Below, piece after piece: positions 27,413-40,480 of a stretch of 64,000 bases of DNA. A program made the position numbers and the translations under genes. The stretch lies in NCBI GenBank assembly GCA_965235115.1, contig OZ249436.1, positions 49,044,001-49,108,000 on the forward strand, in the 5' to 3' direction. How positions within the stretch are numbered: position 1 is the first letter of the stretch; each line of letters begins with the position of its first letter. The DNA comes from Laetmonice hystrix. Its lineage: Eukaryota. The notes under the pieces are model-generated. The model was not told the origin of the DNA. It did not search any database and was given only the letters and a program-made list of their open reading frames with translations.

Positions 27413-27732
27413 TTGAGTTAGTAAACCCAGTCAGCAGTAGCTCAACTATATCAGGGGGAGAACAAGGTTACTAATTACTCAGTCCGTGAAATGCATTGTG
27501 TGATAATGATCAGATAGGAAGAAACCCTCACACTCGACTGACCCCCTACTTTTTTCGATAGATCCCCAGGGATATTTAACGTGCCTCTTCACCTAGACGT
27601 ATCGTGACACGACCAGCCTTTGATAAAGCAGTCGGCAGCACTGCTATGCAGGAAAGTCCGGCGCGGCCGCGGCTCGAACCCAGAACCTTTTGGATTAAAG
27701 GTCCTGTGCTCTAACCACTGCGCCACCCATGG
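27413..27732 (-). mobile_element. tRNA-derived SINE with Nin/Deu-domain-like core
   Basis: Minus strand A box TGGCGCAGTGG (27715-27725) and B box GGTTCGAGCC (27671-27680), then gactgctttatcaaaggc...gcacgttaaatatccc...ctatcgaaaaaagtaggg. This resembles the Nin/Deu SINE central domain as I recall it; tail shared with the 22686 copy. Confidence 0.8.
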
Positions 27733-29779
27733 ATTTCTTGAAAAGGGTACTCATTTTTATAGCAAACTCTGTGTAGAATCAGAAAACGAAAAGAAAAAGT
27801 GGCCAAATATCAAGGTAATCACCAAATAACTTACCTATGTAAAATACATGTATTTTTGGTCAAAATGGAATCCTGAGAATCAAATGGAAATACCATAGGT
27901 GGCTGGTTTTTACAAGACTAATGTGAAAATAATGTGCCAGATACGAACAAAAGCTCCCGTTTTTATGGCCAAATAAAGCAGTTCGTGAAATTCATGCCAC
28001 AATTTTAAGCATAAAGTTTTTGGATTTTCTTTTTGTAAAGAAAAAGACTCTGATATTGCTGGTTCAGCCGTTCTGTTCATGCTGTTCCTAACCTTTGTAT
28101 AAAGTATCCCATTCCTTTTTGTCGTATATGTGTATGCCTTGGATAAGAAGAGGTGTCGTTTCTCGGAAGAGAAGGACATTCCAGAAACATGCCGATAGTC
28201 TCATACTTTTTTTGGCGATGTTTGTTCTGATAGAAACATGAGGTTTGTCGAATATTGATCGTTTTTACGTCACGATGCACACTGGTATGGAGCTTGGAAC
28301 CCGACCGTGGTCTGCTCTCGGGATTCTACAAAAGCCACAATGTTGATGGCCTCGAGTGTTGAAAAATGTGGCTGAGTCAGCATTTTGGTGAACTGCCTCT
28401 ATTAGGGTAACTCCCAGATTGCATAAGTTGTTCTTTGTATGCAATTTGAAAAGATCCCTGTGCCATTTATGCGATATCAAAAGATTACCACGCAACGGTG
28501 TGAGGGAATTATACCTTGCATGGTCAGAAAATACAATGAAGGAAAACTAAATAAGATAAACATTTTTCTCTATTGACCGTTTTTGGTGAAGACCATTATG
28601 CAGTGACGAGTTTCTATTTGAAAAGGTTTGTCACCGTCAGAATATCACAGCAGTACCGGTATGTGAGAAATCTGGATGTGATTAGGAATGTTTTGTCTTG
28701 TCGTCAATCCGTGACCACCTGTTAATCGATTGACTAAATCATGATACTGCAGGATGATGACATTTCGCCTCCTTAATGTTTTACCGTTCTCCACCTGTCC
28801 TGACCTTCTTTATTCGTCTTGGACGTCTGTTCAAATATGGGGTCGCACCTGACAAACCTCCGCCATCTTTGTTCACCTCCATCGAGGCAGCACGCCTATA
28901 TCCGGGCAGGGAGTCTGCAGACGAAAGCCATTAACAATCATGGATCTGTCACTGATTGGTTCTCTATGATTGTTATTTTCTATCACATAGAAATGATGTC
29001 TAAAATCTTCGGAAATTATCCATCTTTACCGATGAACAATCCCGCGTTAGGCCGAATACCGACAATCTATGAACTACTTAGCGCACTACGCGAGTTGTGA
29101 TGTGCCCAAACCCGTGGAATCACTGTCACATTTCTACGGCTTGCGAGGTCCGGGACCACAACTAGGGAAGCGACCGGAAGTTGGGCCGAGGTGTTCCGAA
29201 TGGCTCGGACTGGTCGGAGTGTGGGGTTTCAAGGCCATCCACCGGTCTATTTCAATGCATGCCACGAGCACTGTCACGTCTTCTGCCCAACTCATTCTTT
29301 CTCAGCTTTTTAGCTGATTCTGTTGCATAGGCCTACATCGACTTTCGTCCCTCGGAGGCATAGGCCTATTTACTAAGCAAGCGTGTGATGGTGATCAAAT
29401 ATGGTGGAGCGATATCTGAAGATGTTATGGATTGTTGTTCGACGTCATTTGCAGCGCCCCTTTCGGAGAGCGGAGGCAAATTCAAACTCCTGCTAATTAT
29501 CATGTTTCAGCTTCGGTCCGAATTTTAGTTAACAGAAATCAGGCATACTGCAGTATTGCAGCAACAGTGTGTCTTCATATATAGATCTATGTCAATAGGT
29601 GGCTATAGGGGACATGTAAGTGTTTTATTCTCGAAGATACTAACGATGGAACTTTAAGAGGTTGGACTCTGACTGCACTGGCGCTGTGTTCCGCGTGATG
29701 GAAACAACGTGGGTCACGTGAGGCTGCTGCTGCATGCCATTCAACAGGTATGCCGCAGTAATTAGGTGAATCGACTGTA

Positions 29780-29886
29780 CCACAAACATCACCATCGTAC
29801 ACTGTATTGTTGGCCAGCCGAGACACTGCCAAACCACAAACATCACCATCGTACACTGTATTGTTGGCCAGCCGAGACACTGCCAA
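29780..29886. repeat. Tandem duplication, 54 bp x2
   Basis: ccacaaacatcaccatcgtacactgtattgttggccagccgagacactgccaaa twice. Confidence 0.9.
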
Positions 29887-30252
29887 ATATATCGAGATAC
29901 TGTCCGTGTCAGCGCCCGTGCACAGCGTCTACTTGGTTATATCTTTATAGGAAACGAAGGAACGTCCGATATTATTGAGAGACATGTCGTAAAGTGGTAT
30001 CTGTTTTGTGTTCATTCATGAAAAAATAACTAAACTGAACACCAGCTGAACATGACCAGATGATCAGCGGATTGCTCCTTCAGGTACATTGTGACGTCGC
30101 AAGTAAATGGCTACAATTAGAAGTGACATTTTCAATAACGGATTAATATAACCTAGCAACCGTGCTGTGGCACCTTTTCACTGCTTGTTATATTTATTGA
30201 CTGACTGTCTAACTGACTGCCTGTCTGACTGGCACTGGGTCTGAGCATGTAG

Positions 30253-30510
30253 TATCAAACCAGTGCCAGTATTATTGAGCCTGGCAGTCTTACCCGACAA
30301 TATTGTGTGATAGATCTACCTGAGGAGACCAGTGCCCTCACGGCAGAGGTCAATGGTTCTATTGCGGCGGCCAATGCGTCCTCTGCCATGGCTAATACCT
30401 GAATCGAGTAGGCTAATGCTATCGTTACCAGGGCAGTTGCCTCTATATTTGATGCCTTTGTTGCAAAGGCCAATGTCTCCGTTGCCAATGCGCGCGCGTC
30501 CGTTATCCCG
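30253..30510 (+). pseudogene. Decayed Ala/Asn-rich heptad-repeat coding fragment, origin unknown
   Basis: + frame reads TSALTAE VNGSIAA ANASSAM ANT*IE* ANAIVTR AVASI FDAFVAK ANVSVAN ARASV, with in-frame stops at 30400 and 30409. Confidence 0.35.
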
Positions 30511-32102
30511 TTGTTCTCATTACGAAGGCTTCATCACTCGGTCAAGCCAGTGTAGGTTCGGCCACATCACCTTGCCCGATGCCGAGCTAGGCCAATACAC
30601 CTTCTCGGCATCATTACCATCATCATAATCTTCATCACCACGCTGACGGCCAAGAATACATTTTCATATAATTACCCTTATCCTAGCTGACAAGCTCCAC
30701 GTTTTCCAGGGGCATGCATGGGAAAGGTTGCGCTTGTTGTCAGGCCCTTCTATAGATGGCGCGACGCTGACGCCTGTGTAACTGAGTACAAAAGCCAGTT
30801 TTAGGCCAGTCGGGGTTATTTCTCTGAGTTCCACAAGAGAGAAAAAAACTCTCTTTTGATAATGAGATTATGATGATTCTCATACAAATCGTTTTATGTT
30901 CTGCCAGAAAATAGGGTCCCATCAAATGAGGTTCATATATACGAATGAAGCCCTTTGTGCACACATCTAGTGTAGATCATTTTGTTGCCTCTGGAATCAA
31001 TTCTGATGTCTTGTTAAGAGAAACATATTTTGCCAAAAATGTTTGGAGGGCACGCGGAATGTTACTATGGAAACAGGGGAAATGAGGCAGGTAACTAGAG
31101 ACCAAAGGCACTCCTGTCTCTCTAGTCGTTCCGACTACCTTCGCGGTGTTCTAATTAACTATGAGTTCAATTTAATTAAGGATCAATCTCTCTACACTTT
31201 CCTCTGGCCCTTTACTGTTGATGGCATACCTCTAGGCCAGTTCCCAGATGTTCACACGACAAGCACTAATCAATTTGTAAAACAATGGTTGCGTTCGGCC
31301 TTAAACTCAGATTCCAATAAATTTGACATCATGAAGAAAATAATACCACTCGCATGGCTTCAATGCTCGAATTTCCATGTGGCTTAAATCTAATACAAGC
31401 GGGTCTTTAGAAAAACCTACCCGCAAAAGAGAATGAATAAGTGAACAAAAAAGAGAGAACATTTTAAACAGCAATTTACATTACAAATTGGCAGTTTGAT
31501 TGGCGTGTTGAGACTGGGGGTTATGGTCTGTGTGTCCATCTACACCGACCTGTTGGTGAACGCCTGTGCTGGCAATGGCTGGGCGGCGGCACCTTGCCAT
31601 GTGGCTCTCTGATGCAGGCTAGTCACGCACACTGTTGCTCCTCACGGGTACTCTGAGACGTGATATATTTCCTCGGACACGCTCAGAGCTGATGGGCACG
31701 CACCTACCGGCCACAAACCAGGGACATGGTTCTCCCACCCAACACTCCCTGGTTCTCATGAAAAGAATTAACCAGAGATAGCTTGAAACCCCAATCTCTC
31801 TCTTTTCCATCACTTGATTTACCGAAGCAATCCTTACAAGGGTTACAAGCAATACAAGGGTTAAATTTGATCGCTCATTCTGGGTGTACACACAGTGTCA
31901 TCGGTCCCTACGCCAGGCTACGGTCTGGATCACGCATTGCATGTGCCCACTACGCATGCGCACATCAACAGCAACTTCCTTCCGCTTGTCGGATTTCTGC
32001 CAATTGAAATTACCCATCACCTGTCCTAACATAGCAGACGCGTCTGTTAGGCAGGGGACCAGTCTAAATAGTTTCGAATTGATTACCGGATAAAAGATAG
32101 CT

Positions 32103-32105
<3 letters not shown>

Positions 32106-32166
<61 letters not shown>

Positions 32167-32339
32167 CAGAGACAGAGACAGAGATAGAGAGAGACAGACA
32201 GAGACAGAGAGCGAGTGAGAGGGAGAGAGAGAAATAGAGAGGAGAGAATGAGAGGGAGAGAGGGGGGGGTGGGAGAGAGAGAGAGAGAGGGGGGAGAGAG
32301 AGGAGGAGAGAGGGAGAGAAGAGGATGGAGAGAGAGGAA
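32106..32339. repeat. (GA)n/(GACAGA)n compound microsatellite and polypurine tract
   Basis: Directly visible. Confidence 0.95.
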
Positions 32340-33577
32340 ACAGATCAATTATGTTTGCATGTCAGATGGCAGATATCTCAATAATGTGTGAACGTACAGT
32401 CGGAGAGAGATATTGATTACTTGACATAAAATGTCTAGTAAAAAGGGTTACCCCTGTATTGAAAATGTCATCTAATTGGTCGTAAAGTCCGTCTATTCTC
32501 TATCAAACGCAAGCAAACGTATTGATCCAAGCGGCCACAACGGAGAGGGGCCACTGGATGGAGAACGTCCCAAGGTATTTGTGTCTATTCACAAAATTAA
32601 CCTCATGGGAGTTAGAGCAATCCTCCAACATATGCAACCCGTCGGCCCCATAGCTGCCAGCCCGTGTGAGAGCTACACCAGTCATAACCAACCTTTTTTC
32701 TGGGGGTTTGGGGTGGCTGAATAATGACCTGCTGTTGAATGACAATAAAAATAATATGCCATGAAGTCTACGATCAGTCCGTCGCCGGCGCCTGGCGGGT
32801 CGAGTTGTCGGCTCTCGATAGCAAAAGGACTCGTGTAGTGGTCCTTGGGAACGTTTAGATCGACTGCGCTTGGCACGTCAGTTTGGTCTGGCCAGGGCTG
32901 GCTGCCCGGATTGAACAGTGAGCAAGTACTCCCGTGTACTCCACTCAACGACCATCAGGAGTGGACAGTCAAAGTCCACACTGACCACCATCGCCTCAAC
33001 CCCAACTTTCTACTTTTTTCCCTTTTATCGAATTCATCGTTCACATTATGTCCTAAATGGATGCCCATTTTTCTGATAAACGAACAAGTCATTGTGTGTA
33101 TTAAAATATTATAATATAATGGAAATGGAGTCAGGAATTTGGATTGATAACTTTTTAACGCTCCATAGAGTGTGGAACTTATTTGAGTTCACCTTTTAGT
33201 ATCAGGTTAATGTAGGCATACCAGATACATTTTTGGATCTAGGGGTGTTGGTTCGCCCTGTGGACGCGAAGGAGATTGTTCATGAACACACAGTTGAATT
33301 CTACCGCTCCTTAGCAACTGAACTCAGGACTAGAGGTCATAAATCATTTGAAAACAAGAAAAAAAATAAAGCAGTCCGCTATACCCTTGGGTCGATTTTG
33401 CATGCAGGATCATGTATAATATCAAAGCAGCCTGACATGACCCTTTAAGACAACGTCCCTGCACACAGGACAAGAGGCCAGGATTTGCCCGCTGGGAGTA
33501 TTCCCTCAAAAACAGACCGGAATCAATGCCTCAGGAAGAGGTAATGTGCTGAGGAAGTCGGTGAGATCACGGAGTCG

Positions 33578-33761
33578 CGGGACCGTAGCCGGGGGGAGGG
33601 CGTGTCTGGAACCCCCCGCCCCCGGGTGCCAAAGAAAAAAATTCAAGAACGTCCCCCATGGTCAACAATAATATAGGTGCAGGTAAAGGTTAAATTATTG
33701 TAATTATGCCCTGAAATTCACCCCCCCCCCCCCCAAACAGAAATTTCTAACTACGGCCCTG
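33578..33761. mobile_element. MITE-like element (cgggaccgtag / ctacggccctg termini, poly-C/G interior)
   Basis: Imperfect terminal inverted repeats; an orphan end ggatccgcccctg follows at ~33888-33900. Confidence 0.5.
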
Positions 33762-34159
33762 TTGAAATGTGCATAGGCCTATATGCCACTTTTATTTGAC
33801 TGTTTAGGCTACTCACTGGGGGGGGCGGTTTGAGAAAGTGCCCTTTTTCCATGGCACAGCCCCCCCCCCTCCCGTCTTGAAAATCCTGGATCCGCCCCTG
33901 ACGTATAGCTAATCATCTTGAGTTGTCAAGGGGCATCGCGCATCTTGAATTCTACCGCTTGAGCGCAGCCCATGCTAACCGGGCAGACGTTGACCCTGCG
34001 GTCAACATTATGAATATTAATAAGACTGTCATCGTCGCTCCACCTGCACTAACGGTCCTCACCGAAGGCTTACTTCTCGCAAAAATGCCTAATAGGCTTG
34101 CCCAGTTCGCTGATAAACAAATGTGTCCTTCCCTAACAATACAGTTTGTAGCACTCTGA

Positions 34160-34620
34160 CTTGATCCGGCTAGCGCTGGCGCTGGCTGTCGCTCTCGGCC
34201 TCTGGGCCGGGGACGTTCTTATTGGCTAACCAGAAATGCACGCTAATTTTTATGAATTGTGGCCCAGGCAGTGCTGTAATCTGATTGGGCTGCCGGGTAC
34301 CGCTGCAAGGTGGAAAACAGATGGCGCTGCGAGATACGCGTTTCTGAGAATAGGCGGGCAGGCGGGCAGGCGGAGGGGGTGAATCACTGGAAGAGGTTCA
34401 ACCCCGAACGGGGGAGCATGATAGCTAATATACGTTCTCTGATACAACACGGGGGTATCTGTTTCCGCATTACCGTCTACAATGACCGATAGGGAGCGCT
34501 GATGGTTGGGGAAGGGGCCGTCGGGCTTCTCGACGCATGCGCCTGGCGGCATGCGCGGGCCAGGAAGCGCGCGGTGCAGAACGCGAGTGCTGCTGCAGCA
34601 GTCGCCTAGTTACTGAGGTA
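34160..34620. promoter_or_regulatory. CpG-rich promoter/enhancer-like segment inside the intron
   Basis: Two reverse CCAAT boxes (34221, 34284), GGCGGG/GGCGGAG GC boxes (34353-34378), two NRF1-like GCATGCGC motifs (34534-34556). Motif evidence only. Confidence 0.4.
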
Positions 34621-36805
34621 GTGCTCGAGCTCTGTTTTATAGCCTTCGTAGACGCGGCTTAATGATTAATAATTCAGGTGGGGAATCTACATGGGGGACG
34701 CCTATGTCCTGGGGAAGCGGGCAGAGAGACATGTAGGCTAGACTCCCTATGGAACAGCCGCTGTTGTAGGGCCTGTAGCAGGGAAAGACATGATCCCAAC
34801 CCATTGTTGACATTGTGTAGTGTTGAATTATCTGCAAAGACATGCATACTGCATCGACCTACTGCTACTGTACAATGTGTATTATGATTATGTTTACATG
34901 TATGCATACAATAACATACATGCGGACCCATACACTTAATGCGTCCAGCTCTGCAGTGTTCCCAGTAGAGGTCTGCAAAGCCCCCATGGGCCTCACCCAT
35001 TGCAATCAAGCTATTGCACAGGCGGTACGTCACATCAAAAAAACATGGTGGGAGCTGTTCTGAAGATGTTGTCGCAGGTGAAATATATGCTGGCCGACAC
35101 CTTCCAAAGTAGGCCTACACATCTTAATCCATATTATAAGATGTGTTTTCCACCTAACTGCGATACCGTAATACCTGTAACAGGTTGACTGATCCCCTTA
35201 ACGCAATCCGCCGATGTATGTCTCTGTACGTCCTCGAGTTGTGTTGTTCGGGTTGCTTCCACTGACGTCATATCAATGTGTCGATGGCCTGTTGTCCCTG
35301 GAGCACGACAATCGACAAGCACCTACGACGGCTGCCGTTTTTCAGTTGCACCGTACCGTGTTCATTAGTGGCATTAATCATGTAAATTACGAACTTTTGT
35401 TTTGGGAGTAAATATTGTCGTGTTAAGGATGAAAAAGCTAGAAAGGCATGCGATCGGGGCTCTTTCAGGGAGAAGAAAAATCACAATAATGGACTAACTC
35501 TCAACAAGTTGTTGGCTGTTAGTTCGACGAATAGGCAATCAAGGATTATAAAACTTACACATGAGAGTTTGGGCTCGTAAAATCACCGATTTGTCAATTG
35601 GGACTATAGGCCTATGTAGCTTGCACATGCTAGTTTGGGATTGTAAGTTCAACGATTACCAAATAGTATGAATTCGATGTATTTTGGTGATACTCTACCT
35701 TGTTTTTTTTACGTCGTCGGTATCTACAAAAGGGATGACGAGAACACCCTTTGCCCAGAATAATTAGTTTTCCAAGCTCATGAACCTGTCCCTATAATGT
35801 TTATCAGATGACAGCAGGAACCAATATACATGACTTGTATACGTGAGTAATTAAAGGTATCTTTTGGTTCTTTTATCCTCGGCCTAACTGTTGTTTAATA
35901 TCCGCTAGGAAGCGTCGTAACGAGTTCATTCTGCTCACCTTGTCTTCTAGCCGTACCATTATTTTAGTCGGCTGATCTATGTGGTCTAAATAGAGGAACT
36001 CCATGCATTGAATAATGCTAACATAGGGCGGCTAGGCTTAATGTAGGTATCACTCTATCCTGGGGAAAGTCCCCTTCTCGTGTGCTATAGAGTGAGAGTT
36101 GTTCCACTTGGTCGTAACGAGCGGACATCGGTTATGTGCGGATAGCTCTCTGAAGCCAAAAAAAATCTGAAGTTGTCCATTAATGGTTTGGGGCGGAGCG
36201 GTCAGCGAGAGTCTGCCGACGGAAATGGTGTGCAGTTGTCACCACCGCCTTTGGTAAGTCCATCATGATGGCGTACGTCTGAATGTAGTTGGTCGACCAG
36301 TAGCACATTGCTGGACCACTCGCTCGCTGGCAGGGGGAGGGGGTGGAAACCAACTTGTATTCCCCCCCCCCCCGTCCACCGTTGGCCCGCTATGCTCAGT
36401 GTCAGGTAACTCTGGTGAGCCAGAGTATGGGCAGACGACGCCATTAGCCTCGTGAGATAGGTTAAGATAACAACCAAGCTTTTGTGAGGTGGGCACCAAT
36501 CATCATGACAGTCTGAATCGGTTATTATAGAATCTGTAGTGGTGGCAATCACTAGGCCATTGTCCTGCAGCTGCTGCAGCTGCTGCAGCTCGTGCAGCTG
36601 CTGCAGGTGCAGCTGCTGCTTCTGCGACTGCTGAAAATAGTGGGTACAATCCGGTACCAAATTGTATTGCCCTCAAGAATTCGCAGGCCTCGAGGCCCTG
36701 TTCGGAGAGACAGAACCTGCAGGGCGAGATTGAATTGTGGATCAATCTACCAGTGGAGCAGTGTTTCATGAGAAAACATGTGATTGCACTCATCCACTTA
36801 GAATA

Positions 36806-37642
36806 AGTGTCAAAGATTGTTACTGTAGATTGATGGAGTTAGTGTCAACGATTGTTACTGCAGATTGATCGAGTTAGTGTCAACGATTGTTACTGTAGAT
36901 TGATAAAGTTAGTGTCAAAGATTGTTACCGTAGATTAATAGAGTTAGTGTCAACGATTGTTACTGTAGATTGATGGAGTTAGTGTCAACGATTGTTACTG
37001 TAGATTGATAGAGTTAGTGTCAAAGATTGTTACTGTAGATTGATCGAGTTAGTGTCAACGATTGTTACTGTAGATTGATAGAGTTAGTGTCAAAGATTGT
37101 TACTGTAGATTGATGGAGTTAGTGTCAACGATTGTTACTGTAGATTGATCGAGTTAGTGTCAACGATTGTTACTGTAGATTGATAAAGTTAGTGTCAAAG
37201 ATTGTTACCGTAGATTAATAGAGTTAGTGTCAACGATTGTTACTGTAGATTGATGGAGTTAGTGTCAACGATTGTTACTGTAGATTGATAGAGTTAGTGT
37301 CAACGATTGTTACTGTAGATTGATGGAGTTAGTGTCAACGTTTGTCACTGTAGATTGATAGAGTTAGTGTCAACGATTGTCACTGTAGATTGATGGAGTT
37401 AGTGTCAACGATTGTCACTGTAGATTGATGGAGTTAGTGTCAACGATTGTTACTGTAGATTGATGGAGCTAGTGTCAACGATTGTTACTGTAGATTGATG
37501 GAGTTAGCGTCAACGATTGTCACTGTAGATTGATGGAGTTAGTGTCAACGATTGTTACTGTAGATTGATGGAGTTAGTGTCAACGATTGTTACTGTAGAT
37601 TGATGGAGTTAGTGTCAACGATTGTTACTGTAGATTGATGGA
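36806..37642. repeat. Minisatellite, 35-bp unit, ~24 copies
   Basis: gagttagtgtcaacgattgttactgtagattgatg repeated. Confidence 0.97.
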
Positions 37643-39233
37643 CTTATGATGTGCTACGAAAGGTCCGGTTAATAAAATATTTTATCATTATGTCACGGTA
37701 TATAGAGCTACAGATCGGAAAGATCCTCCAATTATTAACTCTGGTTTCTGAAGCCGGACCTGATTTGAGAGCGCCTCGCAATCATGGAACACATTAAGAT
37801 TTCATTATATTGTTATTATGTAGTGACCACCAGACTGGAGAAAATCCTCGAGCAAACATTGATGTAACCAATATGTAATGATCGTAAGCCAGCCCGAGGC
37901 CGGCCCCAGAACCCGCCCTGAACCTATCATCGCCTGACGGTACCAATAGACAGCATCCATTGTAAGGCCGGTCAGGCTCCGATAAAAGCGACCAACATTT
38001 TCAATTTCATCAAGATAATGTGAGAGGCTTGTATGGGATTACGACACAATCATTGGTTCAGGGACCTTTTGGGATAGCACAAACATGGCGAAAAGTAGGC
38101 CAGAGATGGGGCACTGGGAAACGATCTATTAGGATAGCATCTCTTTGGGATAACATTACTGAGAATTGCCCTCCAGTAGGCTACTTATCGTAGCTCTCCA
38201 TGGACACAATCAAAATGGTATTACCATATATATACTCCGCTTGCCGTGTCAGGAACCGGTTATTGGACTATAGTTGTGATAACAGGCTCAATGATTTATT
38301 AAAGGCTTCATTTGTTTTAGGTAGAAATACATAATGCCTATAGTATATCGTACGCTTATTGAAAAAATAGGAAGTGTCCCGTATGAGTTGGGTAAGATCT
38401 AGAGATGCGGTACTGGTCGAGCTAACTCATATTCTGAGCAAAGTCACCTATCGAGGTATAAACACCCAATTACAAAGTCTGTTGGTATCTTTTATCGTAA
38501 CTAGCAATGAAGCCTGTCTGGCATATCAGGATTTTATCAAAATGAGATCGTTTTGATGTTAAAAGACAGGTCAAGCAGGTGGATCCATGTGCCTACTCTA
38601 ATTCCCCCCATGGTTATTACACGCTAGAAACTGCGGGGAAAGCTCATCAATGTGAGTTTTCATCTTGGCGAGTGATTGAGTGTATAGCTGATCAAGCATC
38701 GCTCCGTCCACACGCGGGAGAAAGTGGCCAGCACAGATTGGCTCTCCGTATTTAACTTTGACGACCTGAGGCAGACTGGAGGATTTCTACCCAGATTGTG
38801 TCGTGTGTGCCGACAGAGACAGACACGATGATGTGGACGTATTGGGAAATAGCCCCCTGTCCAGTCGCCCACGGTAATAATGCTAAGAGGTCGGGACCGA
38901 CTGGATATAGTGGATGTCATTATACCCGGGAGGGTTGACGCTCATACAGGGGTCTCGATGGAGGGACGGAGGGGGCAGGTAACAAGACAGAGGGTTTTAG
39001 CGGAAGATCTATGCCTACCTGATGATGGATCAGCATAGATACTGAAAGGGGCTCTTCCTGTACATGTTGCTCTTACAATCAAGGATTACCACTCAAGGGG
39101 GTTTCCGTTATTGAGATTACATCCGTGGGTAATGCAGTATTAGCAGCAGTCCACATTATGTCGATTTGATGTTTTCACCATAAACCAAGTCTGGTGAATA
39201 TTACTGCCCAAATCCACCAGTCGGAAACCAATC

Positions 39234-39324
39234 AATAAACGTGTGTGTTTTAATAAACGTGTGTGTTTTAATAAACGTGTGTGTTTTAATAAACGTGTGT
39301 GTTTTAATATACGTGTGTGTTTTA
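39234..39324. repeat. Minisatellite, 18-bp unit, 5 copies
   Basis: aataaacgtgtgtgtttt repeated. Confidence 0.9.
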
Positions 39325-39599
39325 CCGACACACGGAGTACAGCAGTTAATCTGACCGGAAGTGACGGATACTGTGCATGACGTCACGGCCGGTGTCACAC
39401 CGCGTTGATCCCCTGCAAGAACGTTTGCTGTTTGTCAACTTTCTATTTTAGGCTAATTGTATCGTAACACGTATTACGGTGATTTTTATGATAATTATCA
39501 CTATTTCTTTTGGTCAGTTGCAAAATCTCTGACTGACAATATGATTTATTCAAGTCGCCAATAAAATATCTATGTTTTGTTATAATATGCCTAGTAGTA

Positions 39600-39686
39600 A
39601 TAACAACAATATTTTCTCTCTTTGTCACAGGTAAGAATGCCTCTCAGGCCTCTTGATCTTCCATATTCATCTTCAACAGGTAAGCT
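39600..39686 (+). other. Candidate recursive splice site (AG|GT at 39630/39631) with 49-nt cryptic exon 39631-39679
   Basis: ttttctctctttgtcacAG|GTAAGA followed 49 nt later by caacag|GTAAGC; same strand as RasGRF. Confidence 0.6.
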
Positions 39687-39935
39687 ATTCTATAAGAGGG
39701 TTCCATAAGCAAAGGTATTGTTTATAAAATAAGTATGTAAAGGTCTATTGTCCTTGCTAAATTTAGAAGGCGGCAGCAAGACATAGTTTACCTTACAACT
39801 TTCGCTTTAAAATTAGTTCAGCTGTGAAGTAGGACTGGCCTCATACTCTTCCGTCAGTGTGAAAAACGATAACCGTTGGGCAGTTGGTTCTATAGGCCTA
39901 CCTTATTTGATTGTTATTTTGGGACATTGTATATA

Positions 39936-40123
39936 CAGTGGCGTATTCACGTTGTTGTTGTTGCTTTTGTTTTTTGTTGTTGTTTTTTTTTTTTTTTTGG
40001 GGGGGGGGGGTTGCCTGGACCCCCCCCCCCCATCCGCCCTGTCAATAACATGATAACATGGAAAATTGATCAGTTGCAACTTTTAGACCCCCCTTCCTCC
40101 GACCAATCCTGAATACGACAGTG
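39936..40123. mobile_element. MITE-like element (cagtggcgtattca / tgaatacgacagtg termini)
   Basis: Imperfect TIRs with a poly-G/poly-C interior. Confidence 0.6.
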
Positions 40124-40480
40124 AAATGAGTGCTACATTACTACAACTATCTATACCAATTATTATTATTAGCAAACGCATTCATTAAAAAAGGATTTAC
40201 AACCGATATATCCGTATATGAATCAGTGGAAAGCAATGCACAAAGGGTTAAAGAAAAGGACGAAATGGAGTCATGACATTTTAGGGTGGAAAAATACCGA
40301 TAAACCTCTATAGAATCTATCTGGAAGATATCAGCGAATGACACACACAGCTAATAGCTGTCCAGACGCCATGCCTGGCCGGTGCCTCAATGACCTCCAC
40401 GTCAAATGAGACATAATTATTAGGATAACCATGAGAGCTCCTCACAATGCCACAGTGTCATTTGAACACATTCTCATGCT

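Noticed and set aside
36503..36793. Poly-Ala / poly-Gln ORFs
   Set aside because: Low-complexity CAG/CTG-rich tract readable in several frames; no recognisable domain.
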